This document shows, in pieces, positions 35,114-45,334 of a stretch of DNA of 64,000 bases. Positions within the stretch are counted from its first letter, which is position 1. Every line of letters starts with the position of its first letter. Below the pieces are notes generated by a model. That model saw only the letters and a list, made by a program, of their open reading frames with translations, made no database searches and was not told where the DNA came from. The stretch covers positions 64,001 to 128,000 of the forward strand of contig JBKAGE010000070.1 of assembly GCA_046290225.1 (NCBI GenBank), given 5' to 3'. The DNA comes from Bradymonadia bacterium (lineage in GTDB: Bacteria > Myxococcota_A > Bradymonadia > UBA7976 > UBA1532). The translations under genes were made by a program, and so were the position numbers.

Positions 35114-36369
35114 GAGCCCTGATCTGCGTGGCGCTGATCTCGATGATGTGTGGGGGCTGCGGGCACCGCCCGTGGCCCATGACGTGGTCCTCCGAGAGAG
35201 AGGCGGTGGAGATCCCCCTGGTGCAGGCCTGGGGGGCTGACCGGCCCATCATCGAGGCCCGCATCAACGGCCGGGGGCCCTACCTCTTCGCTGTCGACGC
35301 CGCCGTTCCGGGGATCACCCTCAGCCGACGCTTCGGTGAAATCGTCGACTTGGCCTGGAGACACCCCACCTATGGCCCCCCCGTAACCACCCTGGAGCAG
35401 CTTCACCTCGGCGATCCCCAGGGTGGCATCACGTTGACTTCGGTGGAGAGCACCATCTTCGACTCGGAGTCCTTCGGCGAGTTCGAGGGCCGACCGGTGG
35501 TGGGGATTCTTGGGGCTTCGCTCTTCGAGCGCTGGGCAGTGGAGCTCGATCTCGCCGCAGGGCGCCTCCGGCTCTGGCGCGGGACACCTACGCCCCCACC
35601 ACCTGGGCACTTCGAACATCCACTCGAGCCTCTGGGGCACAACCGCGGATGGTCCCTGACCCTCGACCTCGACGCCACCGAGACAGATCGCGAAGACAGC
35701 TCGCCCAAAGCGGTGGTGTGGCAACTGGCCCTCGGACGGCCGGTGAGCACGGTGAGCCCGCAAGTCGCTGAGGCTCTGCGCCTCACGCCCTCTCCCAAAC
35801 CACCACTTCAATGGGCCGCCGAGCTCCACCTGGGGGCTGAGCCGAGTCCGGTGACGCTGAGCCCGCTCGAACAGCAAGCATCGGGCACCGAGGGGCAACT
35901 GCACCATGGCGCCTTCGGGCCTCGCACAATCATGCGTACGCTGCCTTCAGGCACACTGCAGTGGTGGCAGCGGCCCACGCCACACGCGCCGGTGGGTCGA
36001 TACCCAGATCGGCTGCCCTGTGACGCGCGCCCGCGGGCCTGCCCCACCACCAGGCTTGTGGGCAGTCGAGGCGAGCGGGTTTTCGTAGAGGTGCAGGTCG
36101 CCGAGCCACCCGCTCACCCGCGTTACTGGTGGCGCATCAACCTGGGCACTGCTGATCACCCGGTGACACCATTGCTCTGGGCACACCCTCAGGCGGCCAC
36201 CCCCATCACCGCCTTGATCGAGCTGCCCCGTGGTGCATTCGAACATTTGAGGCCGCTCGACACACCCCTGCCCGTGCTCGACGTTGTACCTGTGGGGGCG
36301 CCCTGCGCCGGGAAACTCTGCGTAATCTGGCCCAATCAGCCGCTTTGGAGGCCGCAAGCGCAAGATTGA
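35110..36369 (+). CDS. Lipoprotein with retropepsin-like (aspartyl protease fold) domain, degenerate active site
   Basis: IEARINGRGPYLFAVDAA and VVGILGASLF...VELDLAAGRL; GTGA overlap with upstream gene. Confidence 0.65.
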   Translation: MRALICVALISMMCGGCGHRPWPMTWSSEREAVEIPLVQAWGADRPIIEARINGRGPYLFAVDAAVPGITLSRRFGEIVDLAWRHPTYGPPVTTLEQLHLGDPQGGITLTSVESTIFDSESFGEFEGRPVVGILGASLFERWAVELDLAAGRLRLWRGTPTPPPPGHFEHPLEPLGHNRGWSLTLDLDATETDREDSSPKAVVWQLALGRPVSTVSPQVAEALRLTPSPKPPLQWAAELHLGAEPSPVTLSPLEQQASGTEGQLHHGAFGPRTIMRTLPSGTLQWWQRPTPHAPVGRYPDRLPCDARPRACPTTRLVGSRGERVFVEVQVAEPPAHPRYWWRINLGTADHPVTPLLWAHPQAATPITALIELPRGAFEHLRPLDTPLPVLDVVPVGAPCAGKLCVIWPNQPLWRPQAQD

Positions 36370-36443
36370 TAGAAATGACTTGAAGGCCTGACCTGCGGTA
36401 AGGGGTCAAAGGGTTGTTTGACTCAGCTGAAAGGTTTCCAGAC

Positions 36444-37232
36444 ATGCGTCGTGTTTCTTTTGCCCTCCTCGCCGGCCTCACCGCCCTGCCTTCCCTCGCC
36501 TCCGCCGACATCTTCAACCTGTATGCAGCAGCCAAAACCGACTACGTGAGCGGCAGCGGCGAAGTCTTCGAAGCCTTCGATGCTTCTATGGGGTATGGCC
36601 TCGAGGCCGGTGTCGAGGTGCTCGGCATCGACCTCTGGGGTGAATTCCTCGCCATGGGCGACAGCCAGTTCCTCGCCTCGGCGAACCTGGGCTTCGATCT
36701 CACCGTCGGCGGCGACACCCGGTTCACCCTGGGGGCCTATACCGGCCCGATGTTCTTCTGGATCCCTGACGGCAAGTTCTCCTCGGGGGTGAACTTCGAC
36801 AGCCTCAGCGCAGCGGAGCAGCAACAGCTCGACGATGGGCTCTCCCAGGTGGGCCTGAGCCGCAGCGACGTGGAGCAGCAGTTCGCCGAAGCCGCCGGTC
36901 AGATCGGCAACGCAGAAGACGTCGCCTTCGGCTGGAACATCGCCCGCGTGCGCCTCACCCTCGATCACAAGCTGGCACCGGGCCTCTACATCGGCGCCCA
37001 GGGCTCCGCCGGCTACCACGTGATCGTCAGCGGCGAAGACGCTGTGGCCGAGGGTAAAGATCGGGCCATCGACGAGTTCGCCGGCACGGATGAGGGCATG
37101 GTGTACGCCAACGCCGATCCGGGTCTCGATCTGCTGCGCAAGGCCGCCGGCGCCGAGAGCATCGCCGATCAGAACCTCTCGGGGATGAACTACCAGATGG
37201 GTGTGTTCCTGAAACTCGAGCTGGGTCTGTAA
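36444..37232 (+). CDS. Hypothetical exported protein, probable outer-membrane beta-barrel
   Basis: Signal peptide (ASA|D); beta-strand pattern ending YQMGVFLKLELGL. Confidence 0.7.
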   Translation: MRRVSFALLAGLTALPSLASADIFNLYAAAKTDYVSGSGEVFEAFDASMGYGLEAGVEVLGIDLWGEFLAMGDSQFLASANLGFDLTVGGDTRFTLGAYTGPMFFWIPDGKFSSGVNFDSLSAAEQQQLDDGLSQVGLSRSDVEQQFAEAAGQIGNAEDVAFGWNIARVRLTLDHKLAPGLYIGAQGSAGYHVIVSGEDAVAEGKDRAIDEFAGTDEGMVYANADPGLDLLRKAAGAESIADQNLSGMNYQMGVFLKLELGL

Positions 37233-37330
37233 GAGACCCTCACACAGCGCCCTGAAACATCGTCCGCGTTGCACCGTACCCCTACTCGCGGCATCCTCCC
37301 TCAGAATCTGAACCACCCCACAGAGGTCCG

Positions 37331-37663
37331 ATGAGCACGTACTACAAGCCCGAGCACCTGCCCCAGTTCTCCGAGATCGCCGAAGGCAACCCCGATCTGG
37401 CGAAGAAATTCTTCGACTACTACGGCTCGGTCTTCGCCGATGGTGCGCTCTCCAAGCGGGAGAAGGCCCTCATCGCCCTCGCCGTGGCCCACGCGGTCCA
37501 GTGCCCGTACTGCATCGACGCCTACTCCAAAGAAAGCCTCGAGGCCGGCTCTGATCTTGAGCAGATGACCGAGGCGGTCCACGTGGCCACGGCCATCCGC
37601 GGCGGCGCCTCCCTCGTGCACGGGGTGCAGATGCTCGAGCACGTGCGCAAGATGGAGATGTGA
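37331..37663 (+). CDS. AhpD/CMD-family peroxidase-like protein associated with ArsS-type radical SAM
   Basis: LSKREKALIALAVAHAVQCPYCIDAY; IRGGASLVHGVQM. Confidence 0.9.
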   Translation: MSTYYKPEHLPQFSEIAEGNPDLAKKFFDYYGSVFADGALSKREKALIALAVAHAVQCPYCIDAYSKESLEAGSDLEQMTEAVHVATAIRGGASLVHGVQMLEHVRKMEM

Positions 37664-38799
37664 TGTCGGATCTCTACCAAATCGAAGATCCCACCACAGG
37701 GGTCACCGAAGAGGTCGATCTCGAAGGCACCGAGGCGGGGCCCAAGCGAGCCACCAGCCTGCACCGCCGCCGAGATCCGCTCATGCATCCTCAGCGCCAG
37801 CTCGAGGCCCTCGGACACGTCGAGCTTCCGAGCCATCACCTCGACTTCGAGCGCGCCCTCACCGAGTCGAACATCGACGGCTTGCGGCCCACGAAGCTCG
37901 ACATCTTCCAGATCAACATCGGCAAGCTGTGCAACATGACCTGCCGGCACTGCCATGTGGACTCAGGGCCCGATCGCACTGAGGAGAACATGGATCGGGC
38001 CACCGTCGATGCGTGCCTCGCGGCCCTCAACGCCTCCGGCGCCCACACGGTAGACATCACCGGCGGCGCCCCGGAGCTGAACCCGCACTTCCGGTACCTC
38101 GTCGACGAGTGCGTCAAGCGTGGCCTGCACGTCATCGATCGGTGCAACCTCACCGTGTTGCTGATCCCCAGCCTGCGAGATCTGCCCGCCTGGCTCGCCG
38201 AGCGCGGCGTGGAGGTGGTGTGCTCACTGCCTCACTACCGCAAGCGGAACACCGACGCGCAACGGGGTGACGGCACCTATGAGAAGTCTCTCCGAGCACT
38301 GAGACGCCTCAACGAAGTGGGGTACGGCACCGGGGACCCCAAGCGGATGCTCACCCTCATGTCGAACCCCGCGGGATCGTTCCTCGCCGGTGACCAGAGC
38401 TCGATGGAGCGTGAATGGAAGGTAAACCTGCAGGCCAACCACGGGGTCACCTTCGATCGGCTGTTGTGCCTCAACAACATGCCCATCTCGAGATACCTTG
38501 AGTGGTTGCTCGAGAAGGGTCGCCTCGACGAGTACATGGCCCGGCTCACCGCGGCCTTCAACCCTGGTGCAGTCTCGGGCCTCATGTGCCTCAACACGAT
38601 CTCGATCTCCTGGGACGGCCGCATCTTCGACTGCGACTTCAACCAGATGCTCGATCTCGAGTCGGTCATGGGCGATCGGGCCCCCAACATCCGCGACTTC
38701 GACCTGAACGCCTTCCTCGACCGCCGGGTGGTCACCGATCGGCACTGCTTCGGGTGCACCGCCGGTCAGGGCAGCTCTTGTGGGGGCGCCACCGCCTGA
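37663..38799 (+). CDS. arsS: Radical SAM/Cys-rich protein, ArsS (arsenosugar biosynthesis)-like with DUF3641-type tail
   Basis: CNMTCRHC radical SAM motif, DITGGAPELNP, DRCNLT, YDCDFNQML-like FDCDFNQML, HCFGCTAGQGSSCGG. Confidence 0.85.
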   Translation: MSDLYQIEDPTTGVTEEVDLEGTEAGPKRATSLHRRRDPLMHPQRQLEALGHVELPSHHLDFERALTESNIDGLRPTKLDIFQINIGKLCNMTCRHCHVDSGPDRTEENMDRATVDACLAALNASGAHTVDITGGAPELNPHFRYLVDECVKRGLHVIDRCNLTVLLIPSLRDLPAWLAERGVEVVCSLPHYRKRNTDAQRGDGTYEKSLRALRRLNEVGYGTGDPKRMLTLMSNPAGSFLAGDQSSMEREWKVNLQANHGVTFDRLLCLNNMPISRYLEWLLEKGRLDEYMARLTAAFNPGAVSGLMCLNTISISWDGRIFDCDFNQMLDLESVMGDRAPNIRDFDLNAFLDRRVVTDRHCFGCTAGQGSSCGGATA

Positions 38800-38875
38800 A
38801 ACCCAGCTTTCAGGACTTTGGCACACAGAGTGCTACACCCAGATCACCACAGCACCTCTGCCTGCTCGGTGATCT

Positions 38876-39643
38876 ATGAACCCGCATCAGAAAAAACCCA
38901 CAGAGTATCCAGCCTATTTGTCTGATCCGATGTCGGACTGGACTGCCGAAAACCACCCCATTCAGCGTGTGTTGTCGAGCAGCCAGCTGGTCTTCGAGGG
39001 CGCAGGCCTGGCGCCGAACGGCGTGCCTGAGGGGACCATCTGGGCAGGGCAGGGCTGGGTCGACACCGAGTTCTCGGCCCAGTTCCATTTTCAAGGCCTC
39101 GCCTACGCGGCTCCGGAAGTGGGCTCGGTGATGGTCGCACCCTCCACCCTGGTCACGTCCACGGGGAAGGGCTGTCTCATGATACAGGACGAAGTGACAA
39201 AACTGTCTCAGGGAGACACCTGTGTGGGACAACTCTGTTTTGAGTCGTCTACCCCGGGATTGCACCTGATGGAGCTGGTCTTCGACTACCTGAGCCTGCC
39301 GCCCTTTCCGGCCCAGAAACACTTCAAGGTGGCTGTACTCCTGCACACACAGCACCCACCGGAACCCTTCGATCTGCTCGATCCCGTTTCCGCACATCAT
39401 CACGGTCAGCTGCGCTGGCAACCCGCACGGGGGGCGGATCAGTACGAGGTGATCGCCCGACACACCCCCATGGCCGGTGGAGAGGTCCAGATCTTCAACC
39501 TCGCCGTGCTCCCTGGCCACCTCCACGCCCTCGACATCGGGCGTTTACGTCTGCCACCTGGGACCTATGACTGGTTCGTACTGGCCCGAAACCGGCATGG
39601 GATCACCACCAGCTCACAGATCAAACGCTTTACCGAGCGGTGA
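38876..39643 (+). CDS. Hypothetical protein (C-terminal FN3-like segment)
   Basis: 255-aa ORF filling the gap; LRWQP..GADQYEV...GTYDWFVLARN. Confidence 0.55.
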   Translation: MNPHQKKPTEYPAYLSDPMSDWTAENHPIQRVLSSSQLVFEGAGLAPNGVPEGTIWAGQGWVDTEFSAQFHFQGLAYAAPEVGSVMVAPSTLVTSTGKGCLMIQDEVTKLSQGDTCVGQLCFESSTPGLHLMELVFDYLSLPPFPAQKHFKVAVLLHTQHPPEPFDLLDPVSAHHHGQLRWQPARGADQYEVIARHTPMAGGEVQIFNLAVLPGHLHALDIGRLRLPPGTYDWFVLARNRHGITTSSQIKRFTER

Positions 39644-39727
39644 TGTCTCCCCGAAGAGATCTCTGGTGAGATCCCCGGTGAGATCCTCTGCACTCGACAC
39701 AGGCCAGCCCCTCTGTTGAATTGAGGC

Positions 39728-42265
39728 ATGGCTTCATTCTCAGAAGAGCGTCGCGTGACTCGATCCGTCTTTCTGCTCGCTTGCTGTCTCCTCGCCTGTG
39801 AGACGCAACCCCCCGCCCCTGCCCTCTCCTCAGGCACTCAGGCCGTGATCTATGGCGAAGACGATCGTCAAGATGTCTACGCCGTAGATGCCGGCCTGTG
39901 GACGGAGCGGGTTCAGCGCTCAGTGGTGGTCCTCGTTGCGCCCAACCGCCTAGAGATCGACGGGGAGGACGTCACGCTCGGCGGGGCGCTGCTCGGTGAG
40001 TCTCTCGAATTGTGTGAAGGGGCCCGCTTTGAAGAGCAGCGACGCACCTCTCGCTGCTCTGGAGTGCTCATCGATGACGATCTCGTGCTCACGGCAGGGC
40101 ACTGCGTCGACGATCTCGAAGAGTGTCAGGGCACACGTTTCATGTTCGACCACTTCCTCGTGGGCCCCGAGATGCACGCCCCCGTGACCCCTGATGATCT
40201 CTTCGACTGTGCTGAGCTGGTGGTACGCGTCGACAATGGCGATCTCGACTTCGCTGTCGTGCGCCTCGATCGCCCGGTGGGCCCCGACCGGACCCCTGCG
40301 CCGGTGCGACTCGACGACACAGCCCTCGAGGCAGGTGCACCGGTGACCCTGCTCGGCGCCCCCAACGGGATCCCGGTGAAGATCGCCCAGGGTGGAGAAG
40401 TGATCACCCCTCGGGCTGATCTGCTCGACTACTTCGAGGCCACAGTGGATGCCTTCGGGGGCAACTCGGGCTCTGGGGTCTTCAACGCCCTCGGCGAGGT
40501 GGTGGGCGTGCTGGTCCGTGGAGAGCGCGACTATATGGAGACCGAGATGGGCTGTGATCTGCCCAACGTGCTCCCCCAGGATCGAAGCCCGGAAGAAGGC
40601 GCAGAAGATGTGACCTATGTGGCTCGGGCCATCGAGGCCCTGTGTGCTCAAGGCTCTGCCGAGGCCCCTGTCAGCGCCCGCCTGTGTGCTGGCGGTGATC
40701 GCGGGTGGTGTTTCCCCTGCGCAGCCGACGAAGACTGCCGCCCGGACTGGCGCTGCGCTCAGTGGCCTGACCGGCCCGATGTCAGCTTCTGCGCGGCGCC
40801 CTGTGAGGGCGATGAGGACTGCCGGGCTGATCACACCTGCGAAGACACATTCTGCGTGCCTCGTCGCACACGCCGCTGTGACAACGCCGATGTCTGGGTA
40901 CAGGATGCCTGCGCGCACCGCCTCGCCGAGCTCGACGGCTGCGCCGACGACGAGCGCTGTCACGGTGGTGTCTGCGCCACCGAGCAACCAGGAGATCGCT
41001 GCCTCACCGCCGAGCCTCTCGAACCCGTGAACCAGGTGGTGATGGCGGAGCTCGACGCCACCTATGTCCGCGACACTGAAGGCAGCTGTGGGGGTGATGG
41101 GGTGGATCGTGTCTACGCCCTCGACATGCAGGCTTCGCGACCGGTGACGATCACCACCGAGGGCTTCGACACGGTGATCTACCTGCGCCGGGGCTGTGAG
41201 GGCCCCGAGCTGGGCTGCGCAGACGATACCGAGCCCCCTGGTGATCGGGGCTCACAGATCCAGACAGTGCTTCACCCTGGTGCCCACCACATCTTCATCG
41301 ACGCGTTCCGCAACCGCACCGGCGCGTACACCCTCACCCTCGAGCTCGGAGAGCTGTGCGAGGCGCAGTGCGCCGCAGACACCGTACGCTGTGGTGACGC
41401 TGGCCCCGAGCGCTGTGTGGTGCGTCCTGGTGAATGCCCCACCTGGGTGGCTGCGACGCCTTGTGACGCCGCCTCTCGATGTGATGCAGGTCGCTGCGTG
41501 CCGGCGCCTCCAGGAGATCTCTGCTCGATGCCAACACCGCTCGCCTTCGACACCCTCATCGAGGGTGCCCGTCTCGGAGCAGATGACGAGGGTGGATACA
41601 TGGCTTCGGGCATGGGCGCCTGTGACAGTGATGATCCCGATCGGTATTTCGCCCTCGATCTCACCGGGCGCGGTGCCTGGCAGTTGCAGCTGAGCCTCGA
41701 AGAGGGCGCCACAGGGGCCGCTGTTCTGTCTGATTGTGATGCAGAGGCAGAGCAGAGCCAGTGCGACACAGAGATGGCCCTCGATACGACCCTTGATGAG
41801 GGCGTCTGGCTCATCGCGCTCTATGGTGAGACACCCACCGCACAGGCCCAGCTGACGCCATTGTGTGATGTCGACTGCGTGTTGGGCACTCGCCGCTGTG
41901 CCCCGGACGACGATGCTCTGGTCCAGCAGTGCACCCCCGACTTTCGCGGGTGCCCGTCCTGGTCTCAGGCGGTGCGTTGCCTGACCGGCGACACCTGCAC
42001 GGTGGTGGACGATTTGCCCATCTGTCAGACGCCACCAGCGCCGGACATGGGCCCGGCCTTCGACGCTGAGCCAGAAGATGCTGACGCCCATCTACTCGAT
42101 GCCGGGATGCTCGACGGATCCCCTGCTCCTGGAGACGAGAGCTCCGGCTCTGGAGGGGGCTGCAGCTCGACCTCGGGGCGCCACGGCATACTTTGGCTCT
42201 GGGTGCTGTTGTGGGCTGTATGGCGCAGACAGATTGGACAAAGGATCAACAATTCACCAAATTAG
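39728..42265 (+). CDS. Trypsin-like (S1) serine protease lipoprotein with Cys-rich repeats, PPC-like domains and MYXO-CTERM-like tail
   Basis: LTAGHC, DFAVVRL, GGNSGS triad; tail GGGCSST..ILWLWVLLWAVWRR. Confidence 0.9.
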   Translation: MASFSEERRVTRSVFLLACCLLACETQPPAPALSSGTQAVIYGEDDRQDVYAVDAGLWTERVQRSVVVLVAPNRLEIDGEDVTLGGALLGESLELCEGARFEEQRRTSRCSGVLIDDDLVLTAGHCVDDLEECQGTRFMFDHFLVGPEMHAPVTPDDLFDCAELVVRVDNGDLDFAVVRLDRPVGPDRTPAPVRLDDTALEAGAPVTLLGAPNGIPVKIAQGGEVITPRADLLDYFEATVDAFGGNSGSGVFNALGEVVGVLVRGERDYMETEMGCDLPNVLPQDRSPEEGAEDVTYVARAIEALCAQGSAEAPVSARLCAGGDRGWCFPCAADEDCRPDWRCAQWPDRPDVSFCAAPCEGDEDCRADHTCEDTFCVPRRTRRCDNADVWVQDACAHRLAELDGCADDERCHGGVCATEQPGDRCLTAEPLEPVNQVVMAELDATYVRDTEGSCGGDGVDRVYALDMQASRPVTITTEGFDTVIYLRRGCEGPELGCADDTEPPGDRGSQIQTVLHPGAHHIFIDAFRNRTGAYTLTLELGELCEAQCAADTVRCGDAGPERCVVRPGECPTWVAATPCDAASRCDAGRCVPAPPGDLCSMPTPLAFDTLIEGARLGADDEGGYMASGMGACDSDDPDRYFALDLTGRGAWQLQLSLEEGATGAAVLSDCDAEAEQSQCDTEMALDTTLDEGVWLIALYGETPTAQAQLTPLCDVDCVLGTRRCAPDDDALVQQCTPDFRGCPSWSQAVRCLTGDTCTVVDDLPICQTPPAPDMGPAFDAEPEDADAHLLDAGMLDGSPAPGDESSGSGGGCSSTSGRHGILWLWVLLWAVWRRQIGQRINNSPN

Positions 42266-42379
42266 GGCATGAAAACATAACTACAATCCGTAATGGTCGG
42301 CACTCTTCGAGAGCATGCCAATGTGTTCAGGCCTGTGTTCACACAACATACGCCTGAAGTGGGGTACGTGAGGCGCAGC

Positions 42380-42769
42380 ATGAGTTTGCTCAGCATTCTG
42401 GTGGCCGATGACGATCCGCAAGTCCGTCAGTACCTGCAGATCACCCTGAGGCATCTGGGCCACCGCATTCAAACCGTCGCCGACGGGGCCGAGGCCATCT
42501 CGTGTATCCGCGCCCGCCACTTCGACGTGGTGCTGATGGACTGCCACATGCCCACAGTGGACGGCCTCACCGCCACCCAGGTCATTCGCTCGGAGCCCCT
42601 CACACGTCAGCCTGTCATCCTGGCCTTGAGCGCCGACGTACGCTCACCGAACCGACAGGCCTGCCTCGATGCTGGTATGGACGGCTTCATCAGCAAGCCA
42701 GTCCGTCGTCGTGATCTCGAGATGGCCCTGCAGGGCCTTCAACGGCCACACCACAGTCCGACTCCATAA
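42380..42769 (+). CDS. Single-domain response regulator (receiver)
   Basis: ILVADDD, VLMDCHMP, ISKP canonical receiver residues. Confidence 0.9.
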   Translation: MSLLSILVADDDPQVRQYLQITLRHLGHRIQTVADGAEAISCIRARHFDVVLMDCHMPTVDGLTATQVIRSEPLTRQPVILALSADVRSPNRQACLDAGMDGFISKPVRRRDLEMALQGLQRPHHSPTP

Positions 42770-42775
42770 GCGCCC

Positions 42776-43117
42776 TCATGGCCAGCCCAGCCACGCCCTG
42801 CAACCAAGGCCCAGGGCGGCGCTGAGTACATTGGCGAAGGTGGCCCACGCCACGGCCATGTGTACCCCATGACGCCCCAGCCACCACGCCTCCCCAGCGA
42901 TGGCGAAAGCCTCTGCTGTGAGCAACCCCGACAGCGCGCTCCCTGGCCACCATGCAGGCCACGCGAAATACACCCACGGGTGTGTGAGCGTACTGGCCAT
43001 CACAGCGACTACAATGGGACACCTTGACCCATTTCGACTCAAAGCCTTGCAATAGAGAGGCACCTCGATGAGTTGTGTGAATACATAGGCCGACAGCCAC
43101 CCCCATGGCTCATTCAT
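42776..43117 (-). CDS. Small integral membrane protein
   Basis: FTQLIEVPLY, ASTLTHP, AEAFA..GE, ANVLS pattern; four hydrophobic segments. Confidence 0.75.
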   Translation of the reverse strand: MNEPWGWLSAYVFTQLIEVPLYCKALSRNGSRCPIVVAVMASTLTHPWVYFAWPAWWPGSALSGLLTAEAFAIAGEAWWLGRHGVHMAVAWATFANVLSAALGLGCRAWLGWP

Positions 43118-43129
43118 CGTGTTGTGCTT

Positions 43130-45334
43130 TCAAGGACTCAGAGGCACGACGAAGAGCCCTCGATCACACCGATAGACGACATAGCCTCGACGCGGGCTCA
43201 GCCGCGCCTCGACCACACCATCGGCCCATGGCACGCCAAGGCCCGTATCGGTGTCGATGTCGAACAGCCGGCCGCCGAGGTCATAGCCGAGCACCTGCCC
43301 CTGATTCACATTGACGATGCGCTCGACGTCCTCCTCGAAAGGGATGGCCTCAGCTCGCCCTGGCGGCAAGGGGATCTTCACCAGGCCGTCAGCGGACCGG
43401 GTGATGACCGCAAGCTCGCCGATGGGCGACAACCTCACCGCTGCGGGAGCCCCTTCGACGAGGGCGGTGATCTCCCCCTCTCCTCCAGGATCGGGCAGCC
43501 ACCACAGCGTGCCTGTGTCGGCATCAAAGGCAGTGAGGCCGCTCGGCGCCCGCCTCAGCTGACCACCGATGAGCGGCCCCACGTTGACGGGCTGTGCATT
43601 CTCCGGGCGATGGGTCCAGACTTCGCCCTCGATGAGGGCGGTGATCCCGCCGCCGGCGACCACCATCTCATCTACGGCACCTTCGATGATGGGGGCCATC
43701 TGGATCCCGTCGAGATCGCCGAAGTAGAGATCGGATACAGCGCCGACGCCATAGAGCGCTCTGCCCAGAGAGCGCACGCTTCCAGGCCTCAGCCCTGCCC
43801 CGAGCAGTCGGGATGCTTCACCGTCATAGAAGAGATAATCCCCACTCTCGGCCCCTTCCATAGGATCGCCCTGCTGCCAGTAGAGCGCCTGAAACACCCC
43901 AAGGCCCGTGGGCCGGGGGCTCACCAGCACCTGCTGGGCGATGTCTTCTGGTGGGCTGTCTCCGGTCCATCGCCACAACGCACCGTCAGGGCTGGTCCAG
44001 AGCAGCCCTCGGCGACCGCTGGTCGTGGTGAGGAAGGCGCCGTCTGCGGGCCCTTCTTCGAAGCTCACCACCTGAGCATCGCGACCCAGGGTGTCGGCCT
44101 GGATCACGTCGAAGGCGCCATCTTCACGCTGCTGGGTCCACGACACGCGGCCGTCGATCATCTGACTGACCTGTAGCCAGGGCACCCCGACGCCCAAGAG
44201 GACGCGATCATCTCCTTGCAGGTTGTTGGAGACCAGGCTGGACAAGGCATCTACCGTGTCCACCATGGCCAGGGCCCGATCGTCGATCCACCTGATCCAG
44301 GGCTGGGCACGCTGGAACACCCGCGTCGCGGGGCTGCCGTCTACAGGCAGACTCCAGATGTCACCGGCTTCGCCCTGGTCACCTCGTACGCGCACGGTGA
44401 CGGCGCCGTTGTCCGGGGTGTATCCCAAGTAGACCTCGTATCCGTCGGGCAGCAACAGCCGATCCTCGGGGGCATCGATGGCGCTGGCCCACACCGACTC
44501 GCCCTCGATCCAGGCCACGGTGACCTCGTCGGGACTGATGAGCAGTCGCTCGGCCTGCCTGCTGGAGATGCGTCGCCCTCGGTAGAGCACGATGGGCGCT
44601 TCGATGGCCACCTCGCCGACCTCAGGGACGATCACCTCCACACGCTCAGTCTGGTGCCCTGGGGCACTCACCACGACCTGTACGGGCCCTGGGGGCAATG
44701 CGCCGATTTGGAAGAACCCGCCGATGTCGAGCCGAATGGTGCGCTCACCTGCGGTGACGGTGACGGGGCTTTCATTGTCGATGGCCGATGCTCGCCCGAT
44801 GATGAGGCCCATCGCCGGCGGCGTATCACCATCTGGTGCGCCCATGTCGACGACGCCCTCATCAGGCAGCTCGGCATCAGGCAGCTCGCCGTCGGGCACC
44901 TCGACGTCGGGCACCAGGGCATCTACGAGTCCGTCATCAGGCAGCTCGCCGTCTGGCCCACTGGCGTCGACACCACCATCCTCGAGCGATGCATCCTGGA
45001 TATCTGCGTCCTGGATATGTGCGTCTGCGAGCCCCCCGGCGTCACCACCAGCGCCTTCGTCGGCCACATCACCGTCTACAGCGAAGCTACCATCTTCAAT
45101 GCGCCCGCCGTCTGATGCGGTCGCGTCTCCGAGCACCTGCCCATCGACAACAGGCCCTGCATCCACCACAACACGGCTGTCCGGAGTGTCACTGGCATCA
45201 CGCTCGAACACGCTGGCGTCACCGGGCCCCGAATCTGCGGCAAAGAACTCTTCGGGATCACGCTGCCGCCGATCTTCGATGCACCCCCAACAGAGCAACA
45301 GCGACAACAGGCCCAAGGTGAGCTTGGCGATCAT
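43130..45334 (-). CDS. Lipoprotein with Asp-rich linker, carboxypeptidase-regulatory-like domain and probable beta-propeller
   Basis: Lipobox CWGC; DA/DG-rich low-complexity linker; GFFQIGALPPGPVQVVVSAPGH. Confidence 0.75.
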   Translation of the reverse strand: MIAKLTLGLLSLLLCWGCIEDRRQRDPEEFFAADSGPGDASVFERDASDTPDSRVVVDAGPVVDGQVLGDATASDGGRIEDGSFAVDGDVADEGAGGDAGGLADAHIQDADIQDASLEDGGVDASGPDGELPDDGLVDALVPDVEVPDGELPDAELPDEGVVDMGAPDGDTPPAMGLIIGRASAIDNESPVTVTAGERTIRLDIGGFFQIGALPPGPVQVVVSAPGHQTERVEVIVPEVGEVAIEAPIVLYRGRRISSRQAERLLISPDEVTVAWIEGESVWASAIDAPEDRLLLPDGYEVYLGYTPDNGAVTVRVRGDQGEAGDIWSLPVDGSPATRVFQRAQPWIRWIDDRALAMVDTVDALSSLVSNNLQGDDRVLLGVGVPWLQVSQMIDGRVSWTQQREDGAFDVIQADTLGRDAQVVSFEEGPADGAFLTTTSGRRGLLWTSPDGALWRWTGDSPPEDIAQQVLVSPRPTGLGVFQALYWQQGDPMEGAESGDYLFYDGEASRLLGAGLRPGSVRSLGRALYGVGAVSDLYFGDLDGIQMAPIIEGAVDEMVVAGGGITALIEGEVWTHRPENAQPVNVGPLIGGQLRRAPSGLTAFDADTGTLWWLPDPGGEGEITALVEGAPAAVRLSPIGELAVITRSADGLVKIPLPPGRAEAIPFEEDVERIVNVNQGQVLGYDLGGRLFDIDTDTGLGVPWADGVVEARLSPRRGYVVYRCDRGLFVVPLSP

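Noticed and set aside
38770..38799. Selenocysteine read-through in the ArsS-like protein
   Set aside because: The relevant codon is TGT (Cys) and the TGA at 38797 follows a complete C-terminus.
32767..42265. Cognate pairing of the acidic-P1 inhibitor with the nearby S1 protease
   Set aside because: The genes are 5.6 kb apart in different units, and the protease lacks the His of the V8-type Glu pocket (VVGVLVRG), so there is no direct support.
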